From contig JALUTT010000117.1 of the NCBI GenBank assembly GCA_027021705.1, positions 1 to 64,000 on the forward strand: a stretch of DNA of 64,000 bases. The letters run 5' to 3'. The notes beneath the pieces were generated by a model that was not told the DNA's origin, made no database searches, and saw nothing but the letters and a program-made list of their open reading frames with translations. Every line of letters starts with the position of its first letter. Position 1 is the stretch's first letter. The DNA comes from Anaerolineae bacterium. GTDB taxonomy: Bacteria > Chloroflexota > Anaerolineae > S140-20. Below, in pieces: positions 48,684 to 59,129 of the stretch. Position numbers and translations under genes: made by a program.

Positions 48684-50321
48684 ATGGACCCACACATTAG
48701 GCCCAACTACGTCCGCATCTTCGACACGACGCTTCGTGACGGGGAACAGTCCCCGGGCGCCACCCTGACCAGCACCGAGAAGCTGGAGATCGCCCGGCAA
48801 CTGGCCCGGCTGGGGGTGGACGTCATCGAGGCCGGCTTCCCCGCCGCCTCGCCCGACGACCTGCGCTCGGTCCAGCGGATCGCCCAGATCGTCGGCAATC
48901 CCCACCACGGCGGGGAACGGGTGCCCATCATCTGCGGACTGGCCCGGGCAACGAAGGCCGACATTGACGCAGCCTGGGAGGCGGTCAAACCGGCCCTCCG
49001 CCCCCGCATCCATACCTTCATCGCCACCTCCGACATCCATATGAAGCACAAGCTGCGGATGAGCCGGGCCGAGGTGGTGGCCCGCACCCGGGAGATGGTC
49101 GCCTACGCCAAGGGCTACTGCGACGACGTGGAGTTCTCGCCGGAGGACGCCGGCCGCTCCGACCCCGAGTTCCTCTACGAGGTGCTGGCCGCCGCCATCG
49201 AAGCCGGGGCGACGACCCTCAACATCCCCGACACCGTGGGGTACACCACCCCCCAGGAGTTCGGCGACCTGATCCGGGGGATCATCGCCCACACGCCGGG
49301 GATCGAGCAGGTGATCGTCTCCGTCCACTGCCACAACGACCTGGGGATGGCAACGGCCAATACGCTGGCCGGCCTCCAGGCCGGAGCCCGCCAGGCCGAG
49401 GTCACCATCAACGGCATCGGCGAGCGGGCCGGCAACACCGCCCTGGAAGAGGTGGTTATGGCGCTGCACACCCGCCGGGCCTACTACGGCCTCGTCACCG
49501 GCATTGACACCACCCAGATCGCCCGCACCAGCCGGATGGTCAGCCACTACACCGGCTTGCCCGTCCAGCCCAACAAGGCGATCGTGGGGGCCAACGCCTT
49601 CGCCCACGAGGCCGGCATCCACCAGGACGGGATGCTCAAGCACCACGCCACCTACGAGATCATGCGCCCGGAGATGGTGGGGCTCAGCCACTCCCAACTG
49701 GTGCTGGGCAAGCACTCGGGCCGCCACGCCTTCCGCGTCCGGCTGGCCGAGATGGGGTACGAGCTGACGTCCGAGGAACTGGAGGTCGCCTTCCGGCGTT
49801 TCAAGGAACTGGCCGACAAGAAGAAGCGGGTCACCGACGCCGACCTGGAGGCCCTCCTGACCGACCTCTTTCAGCAGCCGGAGAGCGGCTACCAGTTGGT
49901 GGACCTGCAGGTAGTGGCCGGCCGGCCGGGGATGCCCACGGCCACCGTCAAGCTGCGCGGCCCCGACGGTCAGGAGCGGATCGAGGTCGCCATCGGCACC
50001 GGGCCGGTGGACGCCACCTACCGGGCCATTGACGCCATCGTCCGGGTGCCCAACACCCTGCTGGAGTACAACGTCCACGCCATCACCGAGGGGATTGACG
50101 CCCAGGGCGAGGTCAGTGTCCGGCTCCTCTCCGAGGGCAACGGCAACCGGGTTGTGGGCGGCTACGGAGCCGACACCGACATCATCGTCGCCAGCGCCAA
50201 AGCCTACCTCAACGCCCTCAACCGGCTGCTGGCCGAGGCGAGGGCTAAGAGGAGACCATCGGTCGTCGAGACAGGGGAAGCGAGGGCCGAGGCCCGAGAG
50301 CCCGTCCTCATAGCCCCATAG
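48684..50321 (+). CDS. leuA: 2-isopropylmalate synthase
   Basis: [44 protein letters not shown]. Confidence 0.96.
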   Translation: MDPHIRPNYVRIFDTTLRDGEQSPGATLTSTEKLEIARQLARLGVDVIEAGFPAASPDDLRSVQRIAQIVGNPHHGGERVPIICGLARATKADIDAAWEAVKPALRPRIHTFIATSDIHMKHKLRMSRAEVVARTREMVAYAKGYCDDVEFSPEDAGRSDPEFLYEVLAAAIEAGATTLNIPDTVGYTTPQEFGDLIRGIIAHTPGIEQVIVSVHCHNDLGMATANTLAGLQAGARQAEVTINGIGERAGNTALEEVVMALHTRRAYYGLVTGIDTTQIARTSRMVSHYTGLPVQPNKAIVGANAFAHEAGIHQDGMLKHHATYEIMRPEMVGLSHSQLVLGKHSGRHAFRVRLAEMGYELTSEELEVAFRRFKELADKKKRVTDADLEALLTDLFQQPESGYQLVDLQVVAGRPGMPTATVKLRGPDGQERIEVAIGTGPVDATYRAIDAIVRVPNTLLEYNVHAITEGIDAQGEVSVRLLSEGNGNRVVGGYGADTDIIVASAKAYLNALNRLLAEARAKRRPSVVETGEARAEAREPVLIAP

Positions 50322-50413
50322 CATCACGCTTTACGTCTTCACGCCTTACGTCTTCACGCCTTACGTCTTCACGCTTCACGTTCCGCACCTTCGATGAGGA
50401 CAAGGAGGACAAG

Positions 50414-50623
50414 ATGAACACGCAGAGTCGTACCCAATGGTTCACCCAGGAGATGGCTGTCTGGTTCGCTGAGGCCGAGGAAGAGGAAGTCGAACAGGTG
50501 GAGAGGTCGCCGGAGAAGTTCACCGAGCCCCGGGGCTGGGCCTTGAAGTGGGATGGTGCCGGCCTCTCCGGCGTTCAGGACCGGCAAGGAGGAGCCTCCT
50601 CCCCGTCCGTCGAAGCCCGCTGA
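50414..50623 (+). CDS. Small acidic hypothetical protein (69 aa) inside the leu operon
   Basis: AAGGAGG RBS, ATG start, fills the leuA-leuC gap. Confidence 0.6.
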   Translation: MNTQSRTQWFTQEMAVWFAEAEEEEVEQVERSPEKFTEPRGWALKWDGAGLSGVQDRQGGASSPSVEAR

Positions 50624-50639
50624 CAGGGGGCGAGACCTG

Positions 50640-51947
50640 ATGGGACAGACGCTGGTCGAGAAGATCATCGCTGCCCACCTGGTAGACGACGGGAACGGGC
50701 GGGGAGCGCCCGCCCCGGTGCGGCCGGGCGACCTGGTGGAGGTATCGGTGGACGTGGTGATGGCCAACGACATCACCGCGCCCCTGGCCATCCGCGCCTT
50801 CGAGGCGCTGACCGGCTCGACGCCGGAGAACGGCGGGCGCGTCTTCGACCCGGACCGGGTGCTCCTGGTGCCCAGCCACTTCGTCCCGGCCAAGGACATC
50901 AAGAGCGCCGAACAGGTCAAGACGCTCCGCCGCTTCGCCCAGGCCCAGGCGCTGACCCACCGCTTCACGCCCGGCCGCGCCGGCATCGAACACGTCATCC
51001 TGCCCGACATGGGGCTGGTGCTCCCCGGTGACCTGGTCATCGGCGGCGACTCCCACACCTGCACCTACGGGGCCGTCGGTGCCCTCGCCACCGGCATGGG
51101 CTCCACCGACATCGGTGTGGCGATGGCCACGGGCCGAACCTGGCTGCGGGTGCCGGAGACGATCCGCTTCGTCTACGAGGGGACGCTACGCCCCTGGGTC
51201 GGTGGCAAGGACCTGATCCTCTACACCATCGGCCAGATCGGGGTGGGCGGAGCCCGCTACAAGGCGATGGAGTTCACCGGTCCGGCCATCGCCCAACTAG
51301 ACATGGCCAATCGCTTCACGATGGTCAACATGGTCATCGAGGCCGGTGGGAAGTGCGGCTTCATCCCGGTGGACAAGACCACGCTGGCCTACGTCGAGGC
51401 GCGGGCCACCCGCCCCTACACCGTCTACCAGGCCGACGAGGACGCCCACTACGCCGCCGTCTACCGCTGGGACGTGAGCGATCTGGAGCCTCAGGTCGCC
51501 CTCCCCTACTCGCCGGGGAACGTCCTCCCCATCAGCCAGGTGGGGACGGTGAAGCCGGACCAGGTCTTCATCGGCTCCTGCACCAACGGTCGGCTGGAGG
51601 ACCTGGCCCAGGTGATGGCGGTGTTGGAGCGGGCAGGCCGGGCGTTCCACCCTGACCTCCAGGTCGTTGTCATCCCCGGCAGCCAGGCCATCTACCTGGA
51701 GGCGCTGCGCCGGGGCTGGATCGAACGGCTGGCCGAGGCGGGGGCGACCATCACGGCCGGCACCTGCGGCCCCTGTCTCGGAGGCTACTTCGGCATCCTG
51801 GGGGCCGGTCAGGTGGGCGTCAGCACCAGCAACCGGAACTTCCGGGGGCGGATGGGGCACCGCGAGGCTCAGGTCTACCTGGTCAATCCCGCCGTCGCCG
51901 CTGCCACGGCCATCCTGGGCCGGCTGGCCCATCCCGACGAGGTGTGA
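50640..51947 (+). CDS. leuC: 3-isopropylmalate dehydratase large subunit (short LeuC/HacA type)
   Basis: GDSHTCTYGA, IGSCTNGR, CGPCLG, SNRNFRGRMG. Confidence 0.92.
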   Translation: MGQTLVEKIIAAHLVDDGNGRGAPAPVRPGDLVEVSVDVVMANDITAPLAIRAFEALTGSTPENGGRVFDPDRVLLVPSHFVPAKDIKSAEQVKTLRRFAQAQALTHRFTPGRAGIEHVILPDMGLVLPGDLVIGGDSHTCTYGAVGALATGMGSTDIGVAMATGRTWLRVPETIRFVYEGTLRPWVGGKDLILYTIGQIGVGGARYKAMEFTGPAIAQLDMANRFTMVNMVIEAGGKCGFIPVDKTTLAYVEARATRPYTVYQADEDAHYAAVYRWDVSDLEPQVALPYSPGNVLPISQVGTVKPDQVFIGSCTNGRLEDLAQVMAVLERAGRAFHPDLQVVVIPGSQAIYLEALRRGWIERLAEAGATITAGTCGPCLGGYFGILGAGQVGVSTSNRNFRGRMGHREAQVYLVNPAVAAATAILGRLAHPDEV

Positions 51948-51991
51948 GGGAGCTCTGGCGGCGCAGCGATGGAGCAACAACAGGAGGTAGG

Positions 51992-52513
51992 ATGGCACGA
52001 TCACCCAGTCGCCCACTGGAGGGGCGGGTCTGGAGGTATGGCGACAACGTGGACACCGACGTCATCATCCCGGCCCGCTACCTCAACGTCTCGGACCCGG
52101 CCCAACTGGCCGTCCACTGTCTGGAGGACCTGGACCCGGCCTTCGCTCGGCAGGTGCAGCCGGGGGACATCGTCGTGGCCGGGGAGAACTTCGGGGCCGG
52201 CTCCAGCCGGGAGCACGCGCCGCTGGCCCTCAAAGCGGCCGGCGTCGGCTGCATCATCGCCCGCAGCTTCGCCCGCATCTTCTACCGCAACGCCATCAAC
52301 ATCGGGCTGCCCATCCTGGAGTGCCCCCAGGCCGTGGAGGAGACCGAGACGGGCGACGTGCTGACGGTGGACCTGGAGGCCGGCACCATCACCAACCACC
52401 GAACGGGGCGCACCTACCAGGCCCCGCCCTTCCCCCCCTTTGTGATGGAGATCATCCGGGCCGGCGGCCTCGTGCCCTACACGCGCCGGCGGATGCAGGA
52501 GGGTGCCAGATGA
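51992..52513 (+). CDS. leuD: 3-isopropylmalate dehydratase small subunit
   Basis: NVDTDVIIPARYL, NFGAGSSREHA, FARIFYRN. Confidence 0.93.
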   Translation: MARSPSRPLEGRVWRYGDNVDTDVIIPARYLNVSDPAQLAVHCLEDLDPAFARQVQPGDIVVAGENFGAGSSREHAPLALKAAGVGCIIARSFARIFYRNAINIGLPILECPQAVEETETGDVLTVDLEAGTITNHRTGRTYQAPPFPPFVMEIIRAGGLVPYTRRRMQEGAR

Positions 52514-54081
52514 CCCCACCGCAGATCCTGCTCTACGACACCACCCTGCGCGACGGGACCCAGGGCGAAGGCATCTCCCTCTCCGTCGAAGACAAGCTCA
52601 AGATCACCCGCCTGTTGGACGAGCTGGGGGTGCACTACGTCGAGGGCGGATGGCCGGGCTCCAACCCCAAGGATGCCGACTACTTTCGGCGGGTGCGAGG
52701 GCTCCCTCTGGAGCGCACCCGTGTCGCCGCTTTCGGCAGCACCTGCCGGGTGGGCAGTCGGCCCGAGGAGGACGCCAACCTCCGGGCGCTGCTGGAGGCC
52801 GAGACCCCCGTCGTCACCGTTGTGGGCAAGAGCTGGACCCTCCACGTCCACGACGTCCTGCGCACCACCCTGGAGGAGAACCGGCGCATCATCCGGGAGA
52901 GCCTGGCCTACCTCAAGAGTCACGGGCGGGAGATCGTCTACGACGCCGAGCACTTCTTCGACGGCTACAAGGCCGATGCCCACTACGCCCTGTCCACGCT
53001 CCAGGCCGCCGTCGAGGGAGGCGCGGACACCCTCGTCCTGGCCGACACCAACGGGGGCTCGATGCCTTGGGAGGTCGAGGCCATCGTCCGGGAGGTGCGG
53101 GCCGCCTTCCCCCACGTTCCCCTGGGCATCCACACCCACAACGATGGGGAGATGGCAGTGGCCAACAGCCTGGCCGCCATCCGGGCGGGGGCCGTCCACG
53201 TTCAGGGGACCATCAACGGCTACGGCGAGCGATGCGGCAACGCCAACCTCTGTGTCGTCATCCCCAACCTGGAGTTGAAGATGGGGCTGACCGCCCTGCC
53301 GCCCGGCCACCTGGCCCACCTGACCCGCATCGCCCGCACCGTGGCGGCCATCGCCAACCAGCCCCTGCACCACCAGATGGCCTACGTGGGGCGGAGCGCC
53401 TTCGCCCACAAGGGGGGCATCCACGTGGCTGCCATGCGCCGCAACCCTCGGAGCTACCAGCACGTTGACCCGGCGCTGGTGGGCAACCGTTCGCGGGTCC
53501 TCGTCTCCGAACTGTCGGGCCGGGGGAACCTGCTGAGCAAGGCCGAAGAACTGGGCATCTCTCCCCAGGAGATCGGCGACCTGCGGGAGGTGCTCCAGAC
53601 GATCAAAGAGCTGGAGCACCGGGGCTTCACCTTCGAAGGGGCCGAGGCCTCCGTGGAGATGCTGCTGCGCCGTGCCCGCCCGGACTACCGTCCTCCCTTC
53701 GAGATGCTCGACTTCATGGTCGTCGTCGAGCACCGGGAGCGCCGGGGGACCTTCGCCGAGGCGACCATCAAAGTTCGCGTAGAGGGTGAGATCATCCACA
53801 CGGCGGCCGAGGGCAACGGCCCCGTCAATGCCCTGGACGCGGCCCTGCGCAAGGCGCTGACGCCGGTCTATCCCCACCTGGCCGAGTTCCACCTGGCCGA
53901 CTACAAGGTGCGCATCCTGGACGGCGAACGGGGGACGGCGGCCACCACCCGGGTGCTCATTGACATGCAGAACGCCGTCCGGCGCTGGAGCACCGTCGGG
54001 GCCTCCACCAACATCATCGAGGCCAGTTGGATCGCCCTGGCCGACGCCGTCGAGTACGGCCTGACGGTCGCCAGCCCGTAG
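52510..54081 (+). CDS. cimA: Citramalate synthase
   Basis: YDTTLRDGTQGEG, EGGWPGSNPKD, YDAEHFFDG, AFAHKGGIH. Confidence 0.9.
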   Translation: MTPPQILLYDTTLRDGTQGEGISLSVEDKLKITRLLDELGVHYVEGGWPGSNPKDADYFRRVRGLPLERTRVAAFGSTCRVGSRPEEDANLRALLEAETPVVTVVGKSWTLHVHDVLRTTLEENRRIIRESLAYLKSHGREIVYDAEHFFDGYKADAHYALSTLQAAVEGGADTLVLADTNGGSMPWEVEAIVREVRAAFPHVPLGIHTHNDGEMAVANSLAAIRAGAVHVQGTINGYGERCGNANLCVVIPNLELKMGLTALPPGHLAHLTRIARTVAAIANQPLHHQMAYVGRSAFAHKGGIHVAAMRRNPRSYQHVDPALVGNRSRVLVSELSGRGNLLSKAEELGISPQEIGDLREVLQTIKELEHRGFTFEGAEASVEMLLRRARPDYRPPFEMLDFMVVVEHRERRGTFAEATIKVRVEGEIIHTAAEGNGPVNALDAALRKALTPVYPHLAEFHLADYKVRILDGERGTAATTRVLIDMQNAVRRWSTVGASTNIIEASWIALADAVEYGLTVASP

Positions 54082-54098
54082 AGCGCCGGGCGGGGGGA

Positions 54099-54217
54099 GC
54101 CGTCCACGAATGGGGCACGAATACACGAATTAAGGACCACCTCATTCGTGCATTTGTGAGAAATTCGTGGACGGCCTGCTACGGACCACTCTCTCGCTCA
54201 CTTGTGGGTAATCACCG
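54099..54217 (-). mobile_element. Type D element copy 3 (reversed, one arm missing)
   Basis: Reverse complement of 16427 to about 16546. Confidence 0.8.
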
Positions 54218-54306
54218 GGAGGATTGGGTTGTCTTTCCAGGCGGGATGCGTACAATTACGAGGAAAGCAACCATTGCCGGGTAGGATACAGCCTAGGGAG
54301 GGAGAA

Positions 54307-54615
54307 ATGCTCGCCAAAACCCATCCAGCCGTGGAAGCTCTGACTACCATTGCCGAGAGGATGGTTTTAGTCGGCCTGTACCCATCCCCCGAAGAAGCCG
54401 TAAAGGGCCTAGCCCTTGCCCAGATCGAGAGGGAGATCGAGGAGCTTCAACAGCAGATTTCTTCTCTGGAGGAGAAATACGGGATGAGCTTTGAGGAGTT
54501 CACAGCGTCCCTACGCCACCGTGCTACGATGCAAGAGGAAATGGACTGGGAGGAGTGGGACGATGCTCGCAAGAAGCTAGAAATTCGCCAGGAGATCCTT
54601 GAACACATTACATAG
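54307..54615 (+). CDS. Hypothetical antitoxin-like protein
   Basis: [12 protein letters not shown]...EEMDWEEW pattern typical of small archaeal/Chloroflexota antitoxins; lower GC; GGAG RBS. Confidence 0.6.
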   Translation: MLAKTHPAVEALTTIAERMVLVGLYPSPEEAVKGLALAQIEREIEELQQQISSLEEKYGMSFEEFTASLRHRATMQEEMDWEEWDDARKKLEIRQEILEHIT

Positions 54616-54616
54616 G

Positions 54617-55690
54617 ATGATGATTGCTCAGATCGTGACGCTACCAGGCGATGGGATCGGCCCGGAGGTGGTCGCCGAGGGGGTGAAGGTACTCCGGGCC
54701 GTGGCCGACCGGTTCGGCCACCGTTTTACCTTCGAGGAAGCGCTGATCGGAGGCTGTGCCATCGAGGCCACGGGGACGGCGCTGCCGGAGGAGACGCTGG
54801 CGGCGTGCCGCCGGGCCGACGCCATCCTCCTAGGAGCCGTCGGTGGCCCTCGCTGGTCCGACCCCACCGCGCCGGTCCGCCCAGAGCAGGGGCTGCTGGG
54901 GCTGCGCCGCGAACTGGGCCTCTACGCCAACCTGCGCCCGGTCCGCCTCTACCCGGACCTGCGGGAGGTCTCCCCCCTCCGCCCAGAGCGGTTGGATGGG
55001 GTGGACCTGGTGGTGGTGCGGGAGCTGACCGGCGGCATCTACTTCGGCCCCCGGCAGGAGGCGACGGAGGAGCGGCCGACGGCCTACGACACGATGGTCT
55101 ACACCGCTGAGGAGGTGGAGCGGATCGCCCACGTGGCCTTCCGCCTGGCCCGGCAGCGGCGGGGCCGGGTGACGCTGGTGGACAAGGCCAACGTGCTGGC
55201 CACCTCGCGCCTCTGGCGGCGGGTGGTGGCCTCGGTGGCCGCCTCCTACCCGGAGGTGTCGTGGGAGCCGATGCTGGTGGATGCGGCGGCGATGCACCTG
55301 CTCCGTCGGCCGGCCGACTTCGACGTCATCCTGACCGCCAATATGTTCGGCGACATCCTGACCGACGAGGCCTCGATGCTGGCCGGCTCGATGGGGATGC
55401 TCCCCTCGGCCTCGTTGGGGGAGGGCCGGCGCGGCGTCTACGAGCCGATCCACGGCAGCGCCCCCGACATCGTGGGACAGGGCATCGCCAACCCCCTGGC
55501 GACCATCCTGAGCGCGGCCATGCTGCTGCGTCACTCGTTGGGGCTGGAGCGGGAGGCTCAGGCCGTCGAAGCCGCCGTCGAGCGGGTCCTGGCCCAGGGA
55601 TACCGCACCGCCGACATCGCCGAACCAGGGGCTCAGACCGTGGGGACAGCCCAGATGGGCGACCTGGTCGTCGAGGCGCTGGCGGGCTGA
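54617..55690 (+). CDS. leuB: 3-isopropylmalate dehydrogenase
   Basis: [47 protein letters not shown]. Confidence 0.97.
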   Translation: MMIAQIVTLPGDGIGPEVVAEGVKVLRAVADRFGHRFTFEEALIGGCAIEATGTALPEETLAACRRADAILLGAVGGPRWSDPTAPVRPEQGLLGLRRELGLYANLRPVRLYPDLREVSPLRPERLDGVDLVVVRELTGGIYFGPRQEATEERPTAYDTMVYTAEEVERIAHVAFRLARQRRGRVTLVDKANVLATSRLWRRVVASVAASYPEVSWEPMLVDAAAMHLLRRPADFDVILTANMFGDILTDEASMLAGSMGMLPSASLGEGRRGVYEPIHGSAPDIVGQGIANPLATILSAAMLLRHSLGLEREAQAVEAAVERVLAQGYRTADIAEPGAQTVGTAQMGDLVVEALAG

Positions 55691-55840
55691 ACCCGGCCTC
55701 GGCATCGAAAAGCGAGAGAAGCAACCAGGTAAAGTTGCTCGGTCCCTGCCTGGGGCCGAGCAACCGGCTCTTCAGAGCGCAACGATAAGGCAATCACGGT
55801 GTTTACTCACCATAGGAGAATAGCCAAGGAGGGAGATTCT

Positions 55841-56173
55841 ATGATTGTTCGATTGGTCTCACTGCGGTTTCACCCCGATCGTGTGGAAGAGTTCAAGCAA
55901 CTCTACCAGAAAATCCACCGACAGATCCGTTCTTCACCAGGGTGCCTCCACCTCCAGCTGGTCGTGGACAACGAGGGTGAAGGGGAGTGCTTCACCATCA
56001 GCTACTGGCGCTCTCAGGAGGACCTGGACCGCTACCGAAACAGCCCCTTCTTCCGCAGTGTATGGCCTCGGGTGAAGGCGATGCTGCGGGAGAAACCGTG
56101 GGCGAAGAGCTTCAAAGTGCTGGTGGACGATCCATTCCGCCCGGTGAGCTTCGGGGACGCACCGTCCTCGTAG
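55841..56173 (+). CDS. Antibiotic biosynthesis monooxygenase (ABM) family protein
   Basis: MIVRLV...PGCLHLQL...TISYWRSQEDLDRYRNS. Confidence 0.8.
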   Translation: MIVRLVSLRFHPDRVEEFKQLYQKIHRQIRSSPGCLHLQLVVDNEGEGECFTISYWRSQEDLDRYRNSPFFRSVWPRVKAMLREKPWAKSFKVLVDDPFRPVSFGDAPSS

Positions 56174-56529
56174 GTTCCTTGGAGGTTTCCGGTCTGAGTT
56201 CAGCCGCCGCATCTATGGGTATCTGTGTTCAGGAGGGTTACAAGAATCCCGTGGGTCCCCGGTTCCCGCTACCAAACGAGGGCAGGGGATGCGATGTCGG
56301 GGGGACCGGGACCCTAGTCTAGGGGAAAGGAGGTGATGCCGACCAAGGCGATCACGGGGATTGTTCGGGGTTGCCCTGCGTGTGAGGCTCTGGACTGCCT
56401 CAGGCGAGGCCCCCTGCGTCCCGGAGGGTCTATCCAGAGCGTCCGGGTGCGGAGTCTCTACGGAGAGGGAGCTCCGGACCACAGGAGTGGTCGTACCGTC
56501 CGCAAGCTAAGAGAAGGAGGGAGTTCCTC

Positions 56530-58149
56530 ATGGCCGAAGAGCGCAGGGGATACGTCCCCAAGGATATGCTGGTCGAGGGTAAGGAGGTCCCCGTTGGGAC
56601 CTCGCTATCGGCGCTGAAGCCGATGAAAGTGGCCAAGCTCCCACCGCTGACGGTGGGCATCGCAGCGATGCTGGGGCCGGCTTTCATCTGGGCCTCCATC
56701 TCCCAAGGCAGCGGCGAGTTGATCTGGTGGCCCTACATCGCGGCCAAGTACGGCACCGCCTTTCTGGGCATCCTCATCCCCGCTTTGTTGATCCAGTACT
56801 GGGTCAACCAGGAGATCATCCGCTACACCGCGCTCACGGGCGAAGGGCCGTGGTCGGCCCTGGGCCGCATTGGCCGCTGGTTTACCGTCCCCTTCTGGAT
56901 TCTCGCCTTCTTCACCTTCCTCTGGTTTGGCGGCTACGCCAGCGCCGGCGGCACCGCCATGCGGGACCTTCTGGGCTGGCCCGCCGATCCGGCTCTCGGC
57001 TCCCGCTTCTGGGGGTTGACCATCATGGTCATCATGTTCGTTGGCCTCGTCGTCAGCCGGGTGGTCTACAAGTTGGTTGAGTGGCTGATGAAAGTGATCA
57101 TGGTGGTCAGCATCATCGGTGCGATTATGGCGGTGCTGCGACCGGATGTGCTGAGCACAGCAGGCACCTACCTGGCAGCGCTCCTCAACCCCTTCAAGGG
57201 CATCGCCAACATGCTGAACCCCACCAACGTGCAGGGCTGGGATCCCGCAGACACCGACAAGATCGTCACCGGCATCGCCTACGCCGGGATGGGCGGCTAC
57301 CTGAACCTCCTCTACGCCTACTGGATGCGGGACAAGGGCGTGGGTATGTCCAAGTGGATTGGCCGCGTCACCAGCCCCATCACCGGTGAGCCCGAGGCGA
57401 TCCCCAGCGAGGGCTACGTCTTCGAGGACACCGAGGAGAACCGCCGCAACTGGAAGGATTGGCTGCGCTACCTCCGCTGGGACAACGGCCTGGCTGTGGC
57501 CGCCAACGGGTTTACCTGCCTGCTGATGACCTGGCTGGGTCTGGCCATCCTGCATCCCCAGGGCGTCGCCCCCGCCGGCTGGAAGATCGCCGTGGAACAG
57601 GCCCGCTTCCTCGAGGTCGCCTGGGGGACCTTTGGGCGCATCGCCTTCCTCATCATCGGCTTCGCTTTCCTGGGCGACACCTGGGTCGGCCTGGCCGACG
57701 GCCTGGCTCGGGAGTACGCGGAGTTCTTCTGGACCAACTTCTCCTGGGCCAAGATCCGCGACTACCGCTGGTGGTACTACTTCTGGCTCACCTTCCTGGC
57801 CATCGTCACCACCGTCACCATGTTCATCGCCCGCCCCGACCCCCTGATCCTCATCGCCGGCGTCGTCAACATCTTCGCCTTCGCCATCTTCATCCCCGCC
57901 TACATGTACATCAACTACACGATGCTGCCCAAGGTCCTGCCGGAGTGGGTGCGCCCCTCGAAGGCGACGATGGTCTGGCTCTTCATCATCTGGCTGATCT
58001 ACCTGGGGACGGGCGTCTGGTACATCGCCCTCTCGCCCCAGCGGGTGCCCTACCTCCTCGTGATGCTGGTCGTGTGGATCGTTGTCGGCGGCTTCTTCTA
58101 CATCAAGGACCGCCAGCAACCGCCTGTCCCCGTGGTCGAGACGGCCTGA
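56530..58149 (+). CDS. Nramp-like (APC-fold) transporter
   Basis: LGPAFI.ASISQGSGELIWWP, RYTALTGE, YAYWMRDKG; 11-12 TM; AAGGAGG RBS. Confidence 0.75.
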   Translation: MAEERRGYVPKDMLVEGKEVPVGTSLSALKPMKVAKLPPLTVGIAAMLGPAFIWASISQGSGELIWWPYIAAKYGTAFLGILIPALLIQYWVNQEIIRYTALTGEGPWSALGRIGRWFTVPFWILAFFTFLWFGGYASAGGTAMRDLLGWPADPALGSRFWGLTIMVIMFVGLVVSRVVYKLVEWLMKVIMVVSIIGAIMAVLRPDVLSTAGTYLAALLNPFKGIANMLNPTNVQGWDPADTDKIVTGIAYAGMGGYLNLLYAYWMRDKGVGMSKWIGRVTSPITGEPEAIPSEGYVFEDTEENRRNWKDWLRYLRWDNGLAVAANGFTCLLMTWLGLAILHPQGVAPAGWKIAVEQARFLEVAWGTFGRIAFLIIGFAFLGDTWVGLADGLAREYAEFFWTNFSWAKIRDYRWWYYFWLTFLAIVTTVTMFIARPDPLILIAGVVNIFAFAIFIPAYMYINYTMLPKVLPEWVRPSKATMVWLFIIWLIYLGTGVWYIALSPQRVPYLLVMLVVWIVVGGFFYIKDRQQPPVPVVETA

Positions 58150-58286
58150 CCCCCAGCCGCCTCAGACCCCGATGCAAGCCCCGGGTCGGCGTATGCCCCG
58201 CCAGCCCGGGGCTTCCTTAGTCCTGCCCATTTCTGCGCACTTCCACAATGGTCATATCTTAGGAACGGTCATTCCCGAGGGTCACC

Positions 58287-59129
58287 ATGGACGAACGCAC
58301 CAAGATCACGGTTCCTAGGCTCCAACAGATGAAGCAGGAAGGCCGACCCATCACCATGCTCACCGCCTACGACTACCCCACGGCGCTGCTGGTAGACCGG
58401 GCCGGCATTGACGTCATCCTGGTGGGTGACTCCCTAGGCATGGTCGTGCTGGGCTACGAGAGCACCTTGCCGGTGACGATGGACGAGATGATCCACCACT
58501 GCAAGGCGGTCCGACGGGGAGCCCATTACGCCCTGCTGGTAGGAGATATGCCCTTCATGTCCTACCAGAGCGAGGTCTACGAAGCGGTGAAGAACGCGGG
58601 CCGCTTCCTCAAGGAGGCCGGCATGGACGCGGTCAAGCTGGAGGGGGGACGGGACTACGTGCCCGTCGTCGAGGCCATCGTCCGGGCCGGCATTCCCGTG
58701 ATGGGCCACATCGGCCTCACCCCCCAGTTCATCGCCCGGCTGGGCGGGTTCAAGGTCCAAGGCCGGACAGCCCAGGCGGCCCGGGCGCTGCTGGAGGACG
58801 CCAAGGCACTGGAGGCCGCCGGCTGCTTCGCCCTCGTCCTGGAGGCGATCCCCGACCGGGTGGCCGCCCGCATCACCGACGCGGTCCGCATCCCCACCAT
58901 TGGCATCGGGGCCGGCCCCCATTGCGACGGTCAGGTGCTGGTCACCCACGACCTCATCGGCCTCTTCGACCGCTTCGTCCCCCGCTTCGTCAAGCAGTAC
59001 ACCAACATCGCCCGCCAGATCAGCGAAGCGCTGGCCCAGTACCGTCGGGAGGTGCTCGACGGCACCTTCCCCGGACCGGAGCACCGCTTCACCATCAAAG
59101 ACGAGGAGTGGGAGGCCTTTGAAGGATGA
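58287..59129 (+). CDS. panB: 3-methyl-2-oxobutanoate hydroxymethyltransferase
   Basis: MLTAYDY, LVGDSLGM, DMPFMSY, VKLEGG, GHIGLTPQ. Confidence 0.97.
   Translation: MDERTKITVPRLQQMKQEGRPITMLTAYDYPTALLVDRAGIDVILVGDSLGMVVLGYESTLPVTMDEMIHHCKAVRRGAHYALLVGDMPFMSYQSEVYEAVKNAGRFLKEAGMDAVKLEGGRDYVPVVEAIVRAGIPVMGHIGLTPQFIARLGGFKVQGRTAQAARALLEDAKALEAAGCFALVLEAIPDRVAARITDAVRIPTIGIGAGPHCDGQVLVTHDLIGLFDRFVPRFVKQYTNIARQISEALAQYRREVLDGTFPGPEHRFTIKDEEWEAFEG

Noticed and set aside
56174..56529. yybP-ykoY manganese riboswitch
   Set aside because: Characteristic GGGGAGUAG and GAGACC motifs not found.
56333..56617. 94-aa ORF with CPAC motif
   Set aside because: SD overlaps the start codon, atypical composition, overlaps the transporter gene.
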